From Escherichia coli (GTDB lineage Bacteria; Pseudomonadota; Gammaproteobacteria; Enterobacterales; Enterobacteriaceae): DNA of 64,000 nt. Below the pieces are notes generated by a model. That model was given only the letters and a program-made list of their open reading frames with translations. It was not told the origin of the DNA and ran no database searches. Both the position numbers and the translations under genes were made by a program. This document shows, in pieces, positions 32,766 to 42,513 of this stretch. Each line of letters begins with the position of its first letter. Positions within the stretch are counted from its first letter, which is position 1. The stretch lies in NCBI RefSeq assembly GCF_041248615.1, contig NZ_CP158426.1; one strand, 5' to 3'.

Positions 32766-34027
32766 CGCAGACTCCTGATAACATCGCCCGCCAGATGCCA
32801 CAGGCCGTGACGACGTAAATGACGCCAGAATAACTGGCGCAGCGGCGGAACAGGTTTATCACCCTGATCCCATAAATCACGGGAAATATCCTGCATTAAC
32901 GCAGGCCACGCCCGATACCAGCCAGGTCGTTGCAAAAGCGCCGGAACATGCTGATAACGTTGTAGAACATCCCATAGCAGGCTGCGCTCGACGTTGTGAT
33001 GATAAAGCGCAAACAGATTTTGCGGCTCGCGGTGCTGGCAGGCGCTTATCAGCGTTTGTGCCGCCGCCTGCGCGCCAGTTAGCGCCATATCCATGCCGCG
33101 TACGGAAATTCCGGTATTGACGCAACTGCGCAACGCATCGCCCAGCAGCAGCCAGCCGTTACCGGCGTATTGCACCGGCATACTGTGCAAGCCACCTTCT
33201 GGCACCAGATGCGCACCATACTCCAGTGATTCCGTGTTTTTGATAAGCGGGCGCACTGCCGGATGCGTTTTAAAGCGAGCCAGCAGCTCGCTTGCCGGAA
33301 CACGACTTTGCGTAAGGGAAGAGAGCGGGCAAACAATCCCTAACGAGAGCGTTTGTTGATTAGTATAAAGAAATGCGCCGCCGGGTAAGTCATCACAGAT
33401 CCCGCCGCTGAACAGCAACGCTGCGCCTTCGTTATTCTCCAGATGAAAACGTTCTTCAATAGCGGATGTTTCCAGCGACAGCACTTCTTTGATCCCCAAC
33501 GCCATCGCTTCGCCAGCAGGACGAGTCACTAACCCGTGACGCTCAGCCAGGACGCTGTTGGCACCTTCTGCCAGCACCACATAACGGGCGCGGAGAATAT
33601 CGTCACCACAAATGACACCACACACCCTGCCGTTTACTTCATACAGCGCATCCACCGTCGCACCAGGGATGCATTCGACACCTTCTTTTTCGGCTTCGGC
33701 AACCAGCCACGGATCGAACCGTGCACGTAATACGCTCCAGGATTCACCGCCGGGCTGTAAGCTGGAAAACGTCGTTGCGCCATCCGGCGTTAACAGGGAA
33801 AGGCTTTCGTGAGTGATGCGTCGTTCAAGAGGCGCGGTCAGATGAAATTGTGGGAGGAGTTCCGCGAGCGCATGGGTGTATAAACGCCCGCCGGAAAGGT
33901 TTTTACTGCCGGGAATTTCAGCTCGTTCCAGTAACAGAACGGACAAACCTGCCCGCGCGCAGCGTAAAGCACAAGCGGTGCCTGCTATACCCGCACCAAT
34001 AATAATAATGTCGCAGTCGTCTTCCAT
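32756..34027 (-). CDS. ygcN: FAD-dependent oxidoreductase YgcN (FixC / ETF-QO-like)
   Basis: ORF 32756-34057; probable start MEDDCDIIIIGAGIAG (FAD-binding GxGxxG), 423 aa. Confidence 0.75.
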   Translation of the reverse strand: MEDDCDIIIIGAGIAGTACALRCARAGLSVLLLERAEIPGSKNLSGGRLYTHALAELLPQFHLTAPLERRITHESLSLLTPDGATTFSSLQPGGESWSVLRARFDPWLVAEAEKEGVECIPGATVDALYEVNGRVCGVICGDDILRARYVVLAEGANSVLAERHGLVTRPAGEAMALGIKEVLSLETSAIEERFHLENNEGAALLFSGGICDDLPGGAFLYTNQQTLSLGIVCPLSSLTQSRVPASELLARFKTHPAVRPLIKNTESLEYGAHLVPEGGLHSMPVQYAGNGWLLLGDALRSCVNTGISVRGMDMALTGAQAAAQTLISACQHREPQNLFALYHHNVERSLLWDVLQRYQHVPALLQRPGWYRAWPALMQDISRDLWDQGDKPVPPLRQLFWRHLRRHGLWHLAGDVIRSLRCL

Positions 34028-34104
34028 GTCGTGCCCCATATATCCAGAGCGCAACACCCTAACATAGCGTTACTTAAGGGAAATTGACCGCCGACACACT
34101 CTTA

Positions 34105-34470
34105 TCATTCGCCGCGATAGATGCAACCTGCGGTGCAGGTTTCTTTCACCATAACCGCACTTAACAGCGGAACAACCGGTTTAACCTGATCCCAAATCCA
34201 TTTTGCTAAAACCTCGCTGGTCGGGTTTTCCAGGCCAGGAATATCATTGAGATAATAGTGATCGAGGCGATCATAGGTTGGTTTAAATGCCGCTTTCAGT
34301 TCAGCGAAATCGATAATCCAGCCCGTATGCGGATCGACTTCCCCGGTAATTTCCAGTCGCACCATAAAGGAATGCCCGTGCAGGCGACCACATTTATGCC
34401 CTTCCGGGACGTGTGGTAAGCGGTGAGCGGCTTCGAAGGTGAAATCTTTAAATAACGTGGTGGACATCAT
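34105..34470 (-). CDS. queD: 6-carboxy-5,6,7,8-tetrahydropterin synthase QueD
   Basis: ORF 34105-34554; start at [21 protein letters not shown] gives 121 aa. Confidence 0.85.
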   Translation of the reverse strand: MMSTTLFKDFTFEAAHRLPHVPEGHKCGRLHGHSFMVRLEITGEVDPHTGWIIDFAELKAAFKPTYDRLDHYYLNDIPGLENPTSEVLAKWIWDQVKPVVPLLSAVMVKETCTAGCIYRGE

Positions 34471-34785
34471 AATTTCTCTACAGGACGATAAAACCGCCGT
34501 AGAGTACCGGAAAGGCTGTTTTTTCGCATTATCTAAAACGACTTTGTTGCGCAAAATCGCTGATTTATCTTATTGATGGGCAATATTCATTTGTTTTTCA
34601 TTGGGTTGGTTAATCTATTTTGTTGTTAAAGACTATTGCTAAAACAGGTTAGTCGATTTGGTTATTAGTTATCGCTATCCCGTCTTTAATCCACACCGTT
34701 CACCCCGTTAACCTTATCTTCTCTTCTGTTTTATGGGCGCTGACAGGGCGCAGAAACAGCTTTGCTTACTGGAACATAACGACGC

Positions 34786-36585
34786 ATGACGACACAGGTC
34801 CCACCTTCCGCGTTGCTTCCGTTGAACCCGGAGCAACTGGCACGCCTTCAGGCGGCCACGACCGATTTAACTCCCACCCAGCTTGCTTGGGTTTCTGGCT
34901 ATTTCTGGGGCGTGCTCAACCAGCAGCCTTCTGCGCTTGCAGCGACGCCAGCGCCCGCCGCAGAAATGCCGGGTATAACTATTATCTCCGCTTCGCAAAC
35001 CGGCAATGCGCGCCGGGTTGCTGAAGCATTACGCGATGATTTATTGGCGGCAAAACTGAACGTTAAGCTGGTGAACGCGGGCGACTATAAATTCAAACAA
35101 ATCGCCAGCGAAAAACTGCTTATCGTGGTGACGTCAACGCAAGGGGAAGGGGAACCGCCGGAAGAAGCCGTCGCGCTGCATAAGTTCCTGTTCTCCAAAA
35201 AAGCGCCGAAGCTGGAAAACACCGCGTTTGCCGTGTTTAGCCTCGGCGATAGTTCTTATGAATTTTTCTGCCAGTCCGGGAAAGATTTTGACAGTAAGCT
35301 GGCGGAACTGGGCGGTGAACGCCTGCTCGACCGTGTCGATGCCGACGTTGAATACCAGGCTGCTGCCATCGAGTGGCGCGCCCGCGTGGTTGATATTCTG
35401 AAGTCCCGTGCGCCTGTCGCGGCACCTTCGCAATCCGTCGCTACTGGCGCGGTAAATGAAATTCACACCAGCCCGTACAGCAAAGACGCGCCGCTGGTGG
35501 CGAGCCTCTCTGTTAACCAGAAAATTACCGGGCGTAACTCTGAAAAAGACGTTCGCCATATCGAAATTGACTTAGGTGACTCGGGCCTGCGTTACCAGCC
35601 GGGTGACGCGCTGGGCGTCTGGTATCAGAACGATCCGGCACTGGTGAAAGAACTTGTCGAACTGCTGTGGCTGAAAGGTGATGAACCTGTCACCGTCGAG
35701 GGCAAAACGTTGCCTCTGAACGAAGCGCTACAGTGGCACTTCGAACTGACCGTCAACACCGCCAACATTGTTGAGAACTATGCCACGCTTACCCGCAGCG
35801 AAACGCTGCTGCCGCTGGTGGGCGATAAAGCGAAGTTACAGCATTACGCCGCGACCACGCCGATTGTCGACATGGTGCGTTTCTCTCCGGCGCAACTGGA
35901 TGCCGAAGCGCTGATTAATCTGCTGCGCCCGCTGACCCCGCGCCTGTATTCCATCGCCTCCTCACAGGCGGAAGTCGAGAACGAAGTACACGTCACCGTT
36001 GGCGTGGTGCGTTACGACGTGGAAGGCCGCGCCCGTGCCGGTGGTGCCTCCAGCTTCCTCGCGGACCGCGTGGAAGAAGAGGGCGAAGTCCGCGTATTTA
36101 TCGAACATAACGACAACTTCCGCCTGCCAGCCAACCCAGAAACCCCGGTGATTATGATTGGCCCAGGCACCGGCATCGCGCCGTTCCGAGCCTTTATGCA
36201 GCAGCGCGCCGCTGACGAAGCGCCGGGTAAAAACTGGCTGTTCTTTGGCAATCCGCACTTTACGGAAGATTTCCTCTACCAGGTGGAATGGCAGCGCTAC
36301 GTCAAAGAGGGCGTGCTGACGCGTATCGATCTTGCCTGGTCGCGCGATCAAAAAGAAAAAATTTACGTACAAGACAAACTGCGCGAACAGGGCGCGGAGC
36401 TGTGGCGCTGGATCAATGACGGTGCCCACATTTATGTCTGCGGCGACGCTAATCGCATGGCGAAAGACGTTGAGCAGGCACTTCTGGAAGTGATTGCCGA
36501 ATTTGGTGGCATGGACACCGAAGCGGCGGATGAATTTTTAAGTGAGCTGCGCGTAGAGCGCCGTTATCAGCGAGATGTCTACTAA
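34786..36585 (+). CDS. cysJ: Sulfite reductase [NADPH] flavoprotein alpha-component CysJ
   Basis: 599-aa ORF; flavodoxin plus FAD/NADPH domains. Confidence 0.9.
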   Translation: MTTQVPPSALLPLNPEQLARLQAATTDLTPTQLAWVSGYFWGVLNQQPSALAATPAPAAEMPGITIISASQTGNARRVAEALRDDLLAAKLNVKLVNAGDYKFKQIASEKLLIVVTSTQGEGEPPEEAVALHKFLFSKKAPKLENTAFAVFSLGDSSYEFFCQSGKDFDSKLAELGGERLLDRVDADVEYQAAAIEWRARVVDILKSRAPVAAPSQSVATGAVNEIHTSPYSKDAPLVASLSVNQKITGRNSEKDVRHIEIDLGDSGLRYQPGDALGVWYQNDPALVKELVELLWLKGDEPVTVEGKTLPLNEALQWHFELTVNTANIVENYATLTRSETLLPLVGDKAKLQHYAATTPIVDMVRFSPAQLDAEALINLLRPLTPRLYSIASSQAEVENEVHVTVGVVRYDVEGRARAGGASSFLADRVEEEGEVRVFIEHNDNFRLPANPETPVIMIGPGTGIAPFRAFMQQRAADEAPGKNWLFFGNPHFTEDFLYQVEWQRYVKEGVLTRIDLAWSRDQKEKIYVQDKLREQGAELWRWINDGAHIYVCGDANRMAKDVEQALLEVIAEFGGMDTEAADEFLSELRVERRYQRDVY

Positions 36586-38297
36586 TGAGCGAAAAACATC
36601 CAGGGCCTTTAGTGGTCGAAGGAAAACTGACAGACGCCGAGCGCATGAAGCTTGAAAGCAACTACCTGCGCGGCACCATTGCGGAAGATTTAAACGACGG
36701 TCTGACCGGCGGCTTTAAGGGCGACAACTTCCTGCTGATCCGCTTCCACGGCATGTATCAGCAGGATGACCGCGACATCCGCGCCGAACGTGCTGAACAG
36801 AAGCTGGAGCCGCGCCACGCGATGCTGTTGCGCTGCCGTCTGCCGGGTGGCGTGATCACCACCAAACAGTGGCAGGCGATAGACAAATTTGCCGGTGAAA
36901 ACACCATCTATGGCAGCATTCGCCTGACCAACCGTCAGACGTTCCAGTTCCACGGTATTCTGAAAAAGAACGTCAAACCTGCGCACCAGATGCTGCACTC
37001 GGTCGGTCTTGATGCGCTGGCGACTGCTAACGACATGAACCGTAACGTACTCTGCACCTCGAACCCTTACGAGTCGCAGCTACACGCGGAAGCGTATGAA
37101 TGGGCGAAGAAAATCTCTGAACATCTGCTGCCGCGTACCCGCGCGTATGCGGAGATCTGGCTCGATCAGGAAAAAGTCGCCACCACCGATGAAGAACCGA
37201 TCCTCGGTCAGACTTATTTGCCGCGTAAATTCAAAACCACGGTAGTGATCCCGCCGCAGAACGATATCGATCTGCATGCCAACGACATGAACTTCGTGGC
37301 AATCGCCGAAAACGGCAAGCTGGTGGGCTTTAACCTGCTGGTGGGCGGTGGGCTTTCCATCGAGCACGGCAACAAGAAAACCTACGCCCGCACGGCGAGT
37401 GAGTTTGGTTATCTGCCGCTGGAGCATACGCTGGCGGTGGCGGAAGCCGTCGTGACAACTCAGCGTGACTGGGGTAACCGAACCGATCGTAAAAATGCCA
37501 AAACCAAATACACGCTGGAGCGCGTAGGGGTTGAGACGTTTAAAGCAGAAGTGGAACGTCGCGCGGGAATCAAATTCGAGCCGATCCGCCCGTATGAGTT
37601 CACCGGACGCGGCGATCGTATTGGCTGGGTTAAAGGCATTGATGATAACTGGCACCTGACGCTGTTTATCGAAAATGGTCGCATCCTTGATTATCCGGGG
37701 CGTCCGCTGAAAACTGGCCTGCTGGAGATCGCGAAGATCCACAAAGGTGATTTCCGCATTACGGCGAACCAGAATCTGATCATCGCCGGTGTGCCGGAAA
37801 GCGAGAAAGCGAAGATCGAGAAGATCGCCAAAGAGAGCGGGTTAATGAATGCCGTCACGCCGCAGCGTGAAAACTCAATGGCCTGCGTGTCATTCCCGAC
37901 TTGCCCGCTGGCGATGGCCGAAGCCGAGCGTTTCCTGCCGTCTTTTATCGACAACATCGATAATTTAATGGCGAAACATGGTGTCAGCGATGAGCATATC
38001 GTGATGCGTGTAACAGGCTGCCCGAACGGTTGTGGTCGCGCGATGCTGGCGGAAGTGGGCCTGGTGGGTAAAGCGCCGGGTCGCTACAACCTGCATCTTG
38101 GCGGCAACCGCATTGGGACACGTATCCCACGGATGTATAAAGAAAACATCACCGAGCCGGAAATCCTGGCGTCGCTTGATGAACTGATAGGGCGCTGGGC
38201 GAAAGAGCGCGAAGCGGGTGAAGGCTTCGGCGACTTTACGGTGCGTGCGGGCATCATTCGCCCGGTGCTCGATCCGGCGCGCGATTTGTGGGATTAA
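36585..38297 (+). CDS. cysI: Sulfite reductase [NADPH] hemoprotein beta-component CysI
   Basis: 570-aa ORF; start overlaps cysJ stop. Confidence 0.9.
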   Translation: MSEKHPGPLVVEGKLTDAERMKLESNYLRGTIAEDLNDGLTGGFKGDNFLLIRFHGMYQQDDRDIRAERAEQKLEPRHAMLLRCRLPGGVITTKQWQAIDKFAGENTIYGSIRLTNRQTFQFHGILKKNVKPAHQMLHSVGLDALATANDMNRNVLCTSNPYESQLHAEAYEWAKKISEHLLPRTRAYAEIWLDQEKVATTDEEPILGQTYLPRKFKTTVVIPPQNDIDLHANDMNFVAIAENGKLVGFNLLVGGGLSIEHGNKKTYARTASEFGYLPLEHTLAVAEAVVTTQRDWGNRTDRKNAKTKYTLERVGVETFKAEVERRAGIKFEPIRPYEFTGRGDRIGWVKGIDDNWHLTLFIENGRILDYPGRPLKTGLLEIAKIHKGDFRITANQNLIIAGVPESEKAKIEKIAKESGLMNAVTPQRENSMACVSFPTCPLAMAEAERFLPSFIDNIDNLMAKHGVSDEHIVMRVTGCPNGCGRAMLAEVGLVGKAPGRYNLHLGGNRIGTRIPRMYKENITEPEILASLDELIGRWAKEREAGEGFGDFTVRAGIIRPVLDPARDLWD

Positions 38298-38299
38298 CC

Positions 38300-38350
38300 A
38301 TCAGCCCGGTCTTGTAGGCCCGATAAGACGCGTGAGCGTCGCATCAGGCA
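38300..38350. repeat. REP element between cysI and cysH
   Basis: GTAGGCCCGATAAGACGCGTGAGCGTCGCATCAGGC palindromic unit. Confidence 0.65.
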
Positions 38351-38370
38351 AGGCAAACAGTGAGGAATCT

Positions 38371-39105
38371 ATGTCCAAACTCGATCTAAACGCCCTGAAC
38401 GAACTGCCGAAGGTAGATCGCATTCTGGCGCTGGCAGAAACTAACGCCGAACTGGAAAAACTGGATGCTGAAGGCCGCGTTGCCTGGGCGCTGGATAATC
38501 TGCCCGGTGAATATGTACTTTCTTCCAGTTTCGGCATTCAGGCGGCGGTGAGCCTGCATCTGGTGAATCAGATTCACCCGGATATCCCGGTGATCCTCAC
38601 CGATACGGGTTATCTGTTCCCGGAAACCTACCGCTTTATTGACGAGTTAACGGACAAACTCAAGCTCAACCTGAAAGTGTACCGCGCTACCGAAAGCGCC
38701 GCCTGGCAGGAAGCGCGCTACGGCAAACTGTGGGAGCAGGGCGTTGAAGGCATTGAAAAGTACAATGACATCAACAAAGTCGAACCGATGAACCGGGCGC
38801 TGAAAGAACTGAATGCGCAAACCTGGTTTGCTGGCCTGCGCCGTGAACAATCCGGCAGCCGCGCCAATTTACCGGTGCTGGCAATTCAGCGTGGCGTATT
38901 TAAAGTGCTGCCGATTATCGACTGGGATAACCGAACTATTTATCAGTACCTGCAAAAACATGGCCTGAAATATCACCCATTATGGGATGAAGGATATTTA
39001 TCGGTCGGTGATACCCATACAACCCGTAAATGGGAACCCGGCATGGCGGAAGAAGAAACGCGTTTCTTTGGCTTAAAAAGAGAATGTGGGTTACACGAAG
39101 GGTAA
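38371..39105 (+). CDS. cysH: Phosphoadenosine phosphosulfate (PAPS) reductase CysH
   Basis: ORF 38218-39105; start at ATG 38371 ([15 protein letters not shown]...) gives 244 aa. Confidence 0.9.
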   Translation: MSKLDLNALNELPKVDRILALAETNAELEKLDAEGRVAWALDNLPGEYVLSSSFGIQAAVSLHLVNQIHPDIPVILTDTGYLFPETYRFIDELTDKLKLNLKVYRATESAAWQEARYGKLWEQGVEGIEKYNDINKVEPMNRALKELNAQTWFAGLRREQSGSRANLPVLAIQRGVFKVLPIIDWDNRTIYQYLQKHGLKYHPLWDEGYLSVGDTHTTRKWEPGMAEEETRFFGLKRECGLHEG

Positions 39106-39123
39106 ATATTGCCGGATAAATTA

Positions 39124-39161
39124 AACGCCTCTGTCAGAAATGATGGGGGCGTTTTTATTTT
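39124..39161 (+). terminator. Intrinsic terminator after cysH
   Basis: Hairpin AAACGCC..GGGGGCGTTT followed by TTTTATTTT. Confidence 0.6.
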
Positions 39162-39369
39162 GCGAGCAGCATTCCTGATTTTAAACGTGAACGCCGCTGG
39201 AAGAATTATCAGGTATAGAATGGCGTTGGGTGCTTGAGGCTGTCTGGCGTTAAGCATTCGCGAGGTTCCAGATGGACAAAAGCCCCAGGCGATATTTCTA
39301 TCAACCTGAGGCCAGCGTTCGAACCTAAGCAATTCGAATGTTAGTCTCTTCTTTGCAGGGAGGCAAGAC

Positions 39370-39522
39370 ATGCTGACAAAATATGCCCTTGTGGCAATCA
39401 TCGTACTGTGTTGTACAGTACTGGGATTCACGCTGATGGTAGGCGACTCGTTGTGTGAGTTGAGTATCAGAGAACGTGGTATGGAGTTTAAGGCAGTTCT
39501 CGCTTACGAATCGAAGAAGTAG
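39370..39522 (+). CDS. Hok/Gef-family small membrane toxin (50 aa), HokE-like; not in ORF track because shorter than 60 aa
   Basis: [50 protein letters not shown]: hydrophobic N-terminal helix, conserved Cys, Hok signature ..LCE..R...E..A.LAYE; mRNA-like 5' GGGUGCUUGAGGC and 3' GCACCC plus T-run. Confidence 0.7.
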   Translation: MLTKYALVAIIVLCCTVLGFTLMVGDSLCELSIRERGMEFKAVLAYESKK

Positions 39523-39716
39523 CCACCACGCGGGGGTAAAACCCCGCGTATTGAATTGTGATGGTTTGGTCTCCTGCACCCTTTTTTAATTTATATTGTT
39601 TATGTGAATATTATGCCTATGTTTATTATTTATATATATTACTGATGAAAATTATTTGATTATTCATAATGTAAATATTTTATTGAACGATATATATCAC
39701 AGATAATTTTTAATAT

Positions 39717-42416
39717 ATGCGTAAATATCCTTTAAGTTTACTGAAGGATAAAAATATTGTGACTTTTTTTGATTTCTGGGGAAAAACCCGACGCGGCGAG
39801 AAAGACGGGGGCGACGACTATCACCTTCTTTGCTGGCATTCGCTGGATGTAGCCGCGATGGGCTATTTAATGGTTAAAAGCAATTGCTTCGGACTGGCTG
39901 ACTATTTTCGTCAATTAGAGATTTCTGACAAGGAACAGGCGGCTCAATTTTTCGCCTGGTTGTTGTGCTGGCACGATACTGGTAAATTTGCCCGCTCATT
40001 TCAGCAACTTTACCTGCACCCGAAACTCAGGGTTCCGGAAGGTGCTAGAAAAAATTACGAAAAAATCTCTCATTCAACGCTGGGCTACTGGTTGTGGCAT
40101 CATTATTTAAGTGAATGTCAGGAGTTACTTCCTTCCTCTTCACTCTCTCCCCGCAAACTTACACGTGTAATAGCGATGTGGATGCCCATAACTACCGGGC
40201 ATCATGGTCGCCCGCCTGACCGTATTGATGAACTGGATAATTTTCTGCCTGAAGACAAAGCTGCCGCGCGAGATTTTCTTCTTGAAATCAAACCACTGTT
40301 TCCGCTCATAGAGATCCCCGCATTCTGGGATGATGATGAGGGCATTGAACTTATAAAACACCTTTCCTGGTATATCTCTGCAACCGTCGTGCTCGCAGAC
40401 TGGACGGGTTCGTCAACGCGATTTTTTCCACGCGTCGCACACCCAATGGATATTAAAGGTTACTGGCAGAAAACTTTAGTTCAGGCTCAAAACGCCTTAA
40501 CCGTCTTTCCTCTAAAAGCAAAAGTCGCGCCTTTCACCGGAATTAATACGCTGTTTCCTTTTATTGAGAATCCGACACCGTTACAGCAAAAGGTGCTGGA
40601 TCTGGATATCAGCCAGCCAGGGCCACAGTTATTTATTCTGGAAGATGTGACTGGCGCAGGTAAAACGGAAGCGGCGCTTATCCTGGCGCACAGGTTGATG
40701 GCTGCGGGTAAAGCGCAGAGTTTGTTTTTTGGCCTGCCAACAATGGCAACGGCCAATGCCATGTACGATCGACTGGTCAAAACCTGGCTTGCTTTCTATT
40801 CGCCAGAGTCCCGCCCCAGCCTGGTGCTGGCACACAGTGCCCGAACATTAATGGACCGCTTTAATGAATCACTCTGGTCCGGTGATTTAGTCGGGTCAGA
40901 AGAACCGGATGAACAAACGTTCAGTCAGGGATGTGCGGCCTGGTTTGCCGACAGTAACAAGAAGGCGCTACTGGCTGAAATTGGCGTCGGCACGCTGGAT
41001 CAGGCGATGATGGCGGTGATGCCGTTCAAACATAATAATGTGCGGCTTCTGGGACTGAGTAACAAAATCCTGCTGGCTGATGAGATCCATGCCTGTGACG
41101 CTTACATGTCATGCATTCTTGAAGGGCTGATCGAGCGGCAGGCGCGTGGCGGAAACAGCGTCATTTTGCTTTCTGCCACGTTATCTCAACAGCAGTGCGA
41201 CAAACTCGTTGCTGCCTTTGCGCGTGGTACAGAGGGCCAGCAAGAAGCTCCGTTCCTGGAAAAGGATGATTACCCCTGGCTGACGCACGTTACGAAATCC
41301 GATGTGCATTCACACCGGGTAGCGACGCGCAAAGACGTTGAGCGTAGCGTGAGCGTGGGTTGGCTTCATAGCGAACAAGAATGTATTGCGCGTATCGAAT
41401 CGGCAGTAAGTCAGGGGAAATGCATCGCCTGGATCCGGAATTCTGTCGATGACGCTATTAAGGTTTATCGTCAGTTGCTTGCCCGCGGCGTCATTCCTGC
41501 TTCCAGCCTTTCTCTTTTTCATAGCCGCTTTGCTTTTAGCGATCGCCAGCGAATTGAAACGGAAACGCTGGCACGCTTCGGTAAAAGTTGTAGTTTACAG
41601 AGATCATCACAAGTCATTGTTTGTACACAAGTAATTGAACAAAGTGTGGATATTGACCTGGACGAAATGATCTCCGACCTGGCCCCTGTTGATTTGCTGA
41701 TCCAGCGAGCGGGGCGATTACAGCGGCATATCCGCGATATTAATGGTCAGTTAAAGCGTGACGGAAAAGACGAGCGTTCTCCTCCTGAATTGCTGATTCT
41801 GGCCCCCGTCTGGGACGACTCTCCGGGTGATGAATGGTTTGGCAGAGCCATGCGTAACAGTGCATATGTCTACCCCGATCATGGGCGAATCTGGCTGACG
41901 CAGCGTGTGCTGCGTCAGCAAGGCGCTATTCAGATGCCACACTCAGCCCGGCTTCTGATTGAATCAGTCTACGGTGAGGACGTGGTAATGGCGGAAGGGT
42001 TTGCCCGCAGCGAGCAGGAGCAAGTGGGCAAATATTACTGCGATCGCGCAATGGCTAAAAAGTTTGTCCTGAACTTCAAGCCTGGCTATGCCGCCAATAT
42101 CAACGATTACCTTCCGGAAAAGCTGTCGACACGTCTGGCGGAGGAGTCTGTTTCCCTGTGGCTGGCTACCTGTATTGCCAGTGTGGTGAAGCCTTATGCC
42201 AACGGTGCTCACGCATGGGAAATGAGCGTTGTCAGAGTGCGTCGAAGCTGGTGGAAAAAACATCGGGATGAGTTTTCTTTACTGGAAGGGGAAGCGTTCA
42301 GGCAGTGGTGCATTGAACAGCGGAAAGATCCGGAGATGGCAAACGTGATTTTAGTTACCGATGACGAAAGTTGCGGGTATTCGGCTATGGAAGGATTGAC
42401 TGGCAAGGTTGGTTGA
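39717..42416 (+). CDS. cas3: Type I-E Cas3 helicase-nuclease (HD plus DEAD/DEAH helicase), variant not of K-12 type
   Basis: 899-aa ORF with Walker A LEDVTGAGKTEA and DEIH-like motif; alternative GTG start at 39759 with AAGGA 10 nt upstream. Confidence 0.85.
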   Translation: MRKYPLSLLKDKNIVTFFDFWGKTRRGEKDGGDDYHLLCWHSLDVAAMGYLMVKSNCFGLADYFRQLEISDKEQAAQFFAWLLCWHDTGKFARSFQQLYLHPKLRVPEGARKNYEKISHSTLGYWLWHHYLSECQELLPSSSLSPRKLTRVIAMWMPITTGHHGRPPDRIDELDNFLPEDKAAARDFLLEIKPLFPLIEIPAFWDDDEGIELIKHLSWYISATVVLADWTGSSTRFFPRVAHPMDIKGYWQKTLVQAQNALTVFPLKAKVAPFTGINTLFPFIENPTPLQQKVLDLDISQPGPQLFILEDVTGAGKTEAALILAHRLMAAGKAQSLFFGLPTMATANAMYDRLVKTWLAFYSPESRPSLVLAHSARTLMDRFNESLWSGDLVGSEEPDEQTFSQGCAAWFADSNKKALLAEIGVGTLDQAMMAVMPFKHNNVRLLGLSNKILLADEIHACDAYMSCILEGLIERQARGGNSVILLSATLSQQQCDKLVAAFARGTEGQQEAPFLEKDDYPWLTHVTKSDVHSHRVATRKDVERSVSVGWLHSEQECIARIESAVSQGKCIAWIRNSVDDAIKVYRQLLARGVIPASSLSLFHSRFAFSDRQRIETETLARFGKSCSLQRSSQVIVCTQVIEQSVDIDLDEMISDLAPVDLLIQRAGRLQRHIRDINGQLKRDGKDERSPPELLILAPVWDDSPGDEWFGRAMRNSAYVYPDHGRIWLTQRVLRQQGAIQMPHSARLLIESVYGEDVVMAEGFARSEQEQVGKYYCDRAMAKKFVLNFKPGYAANINDYLPEKLSTRLAEESVSLWLATCIASVVKPYANGAHAWEMSVVRVRRSWWKKHRDEFSLLEGEAFRQWCIEQRKDPEMANVILVTDDESCGYSAMEGLTGKVG

Positions 42417-42513
42417 GATGCCTGCGACAGGGCTCTCTGAATAGTTGATACACCGAAAAGGATGGAATGATGGACAACCGACCTAGGATGGTCTTTTTTA
42501 CGAGAGGATGCGT

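Noticed and set aside
39272-39328. Possible mok-like upstream reading frame for the hok-like gene
   Set aside because: The only ATG-initiated frame upstream ([18 protein letters not shown]) stops before hok and is in a different frame; the frames overlapping hok lack start codons. No convincing mok ORF, so none was annotated.
39225-39340. Sok-like antisense RNA opposite the hok leader
   Set aside because: Expected for a hok/sok locus, but I could not identify an unambiguous minus-strand promoter and terminator by eye; left unannotated rather than guessed.
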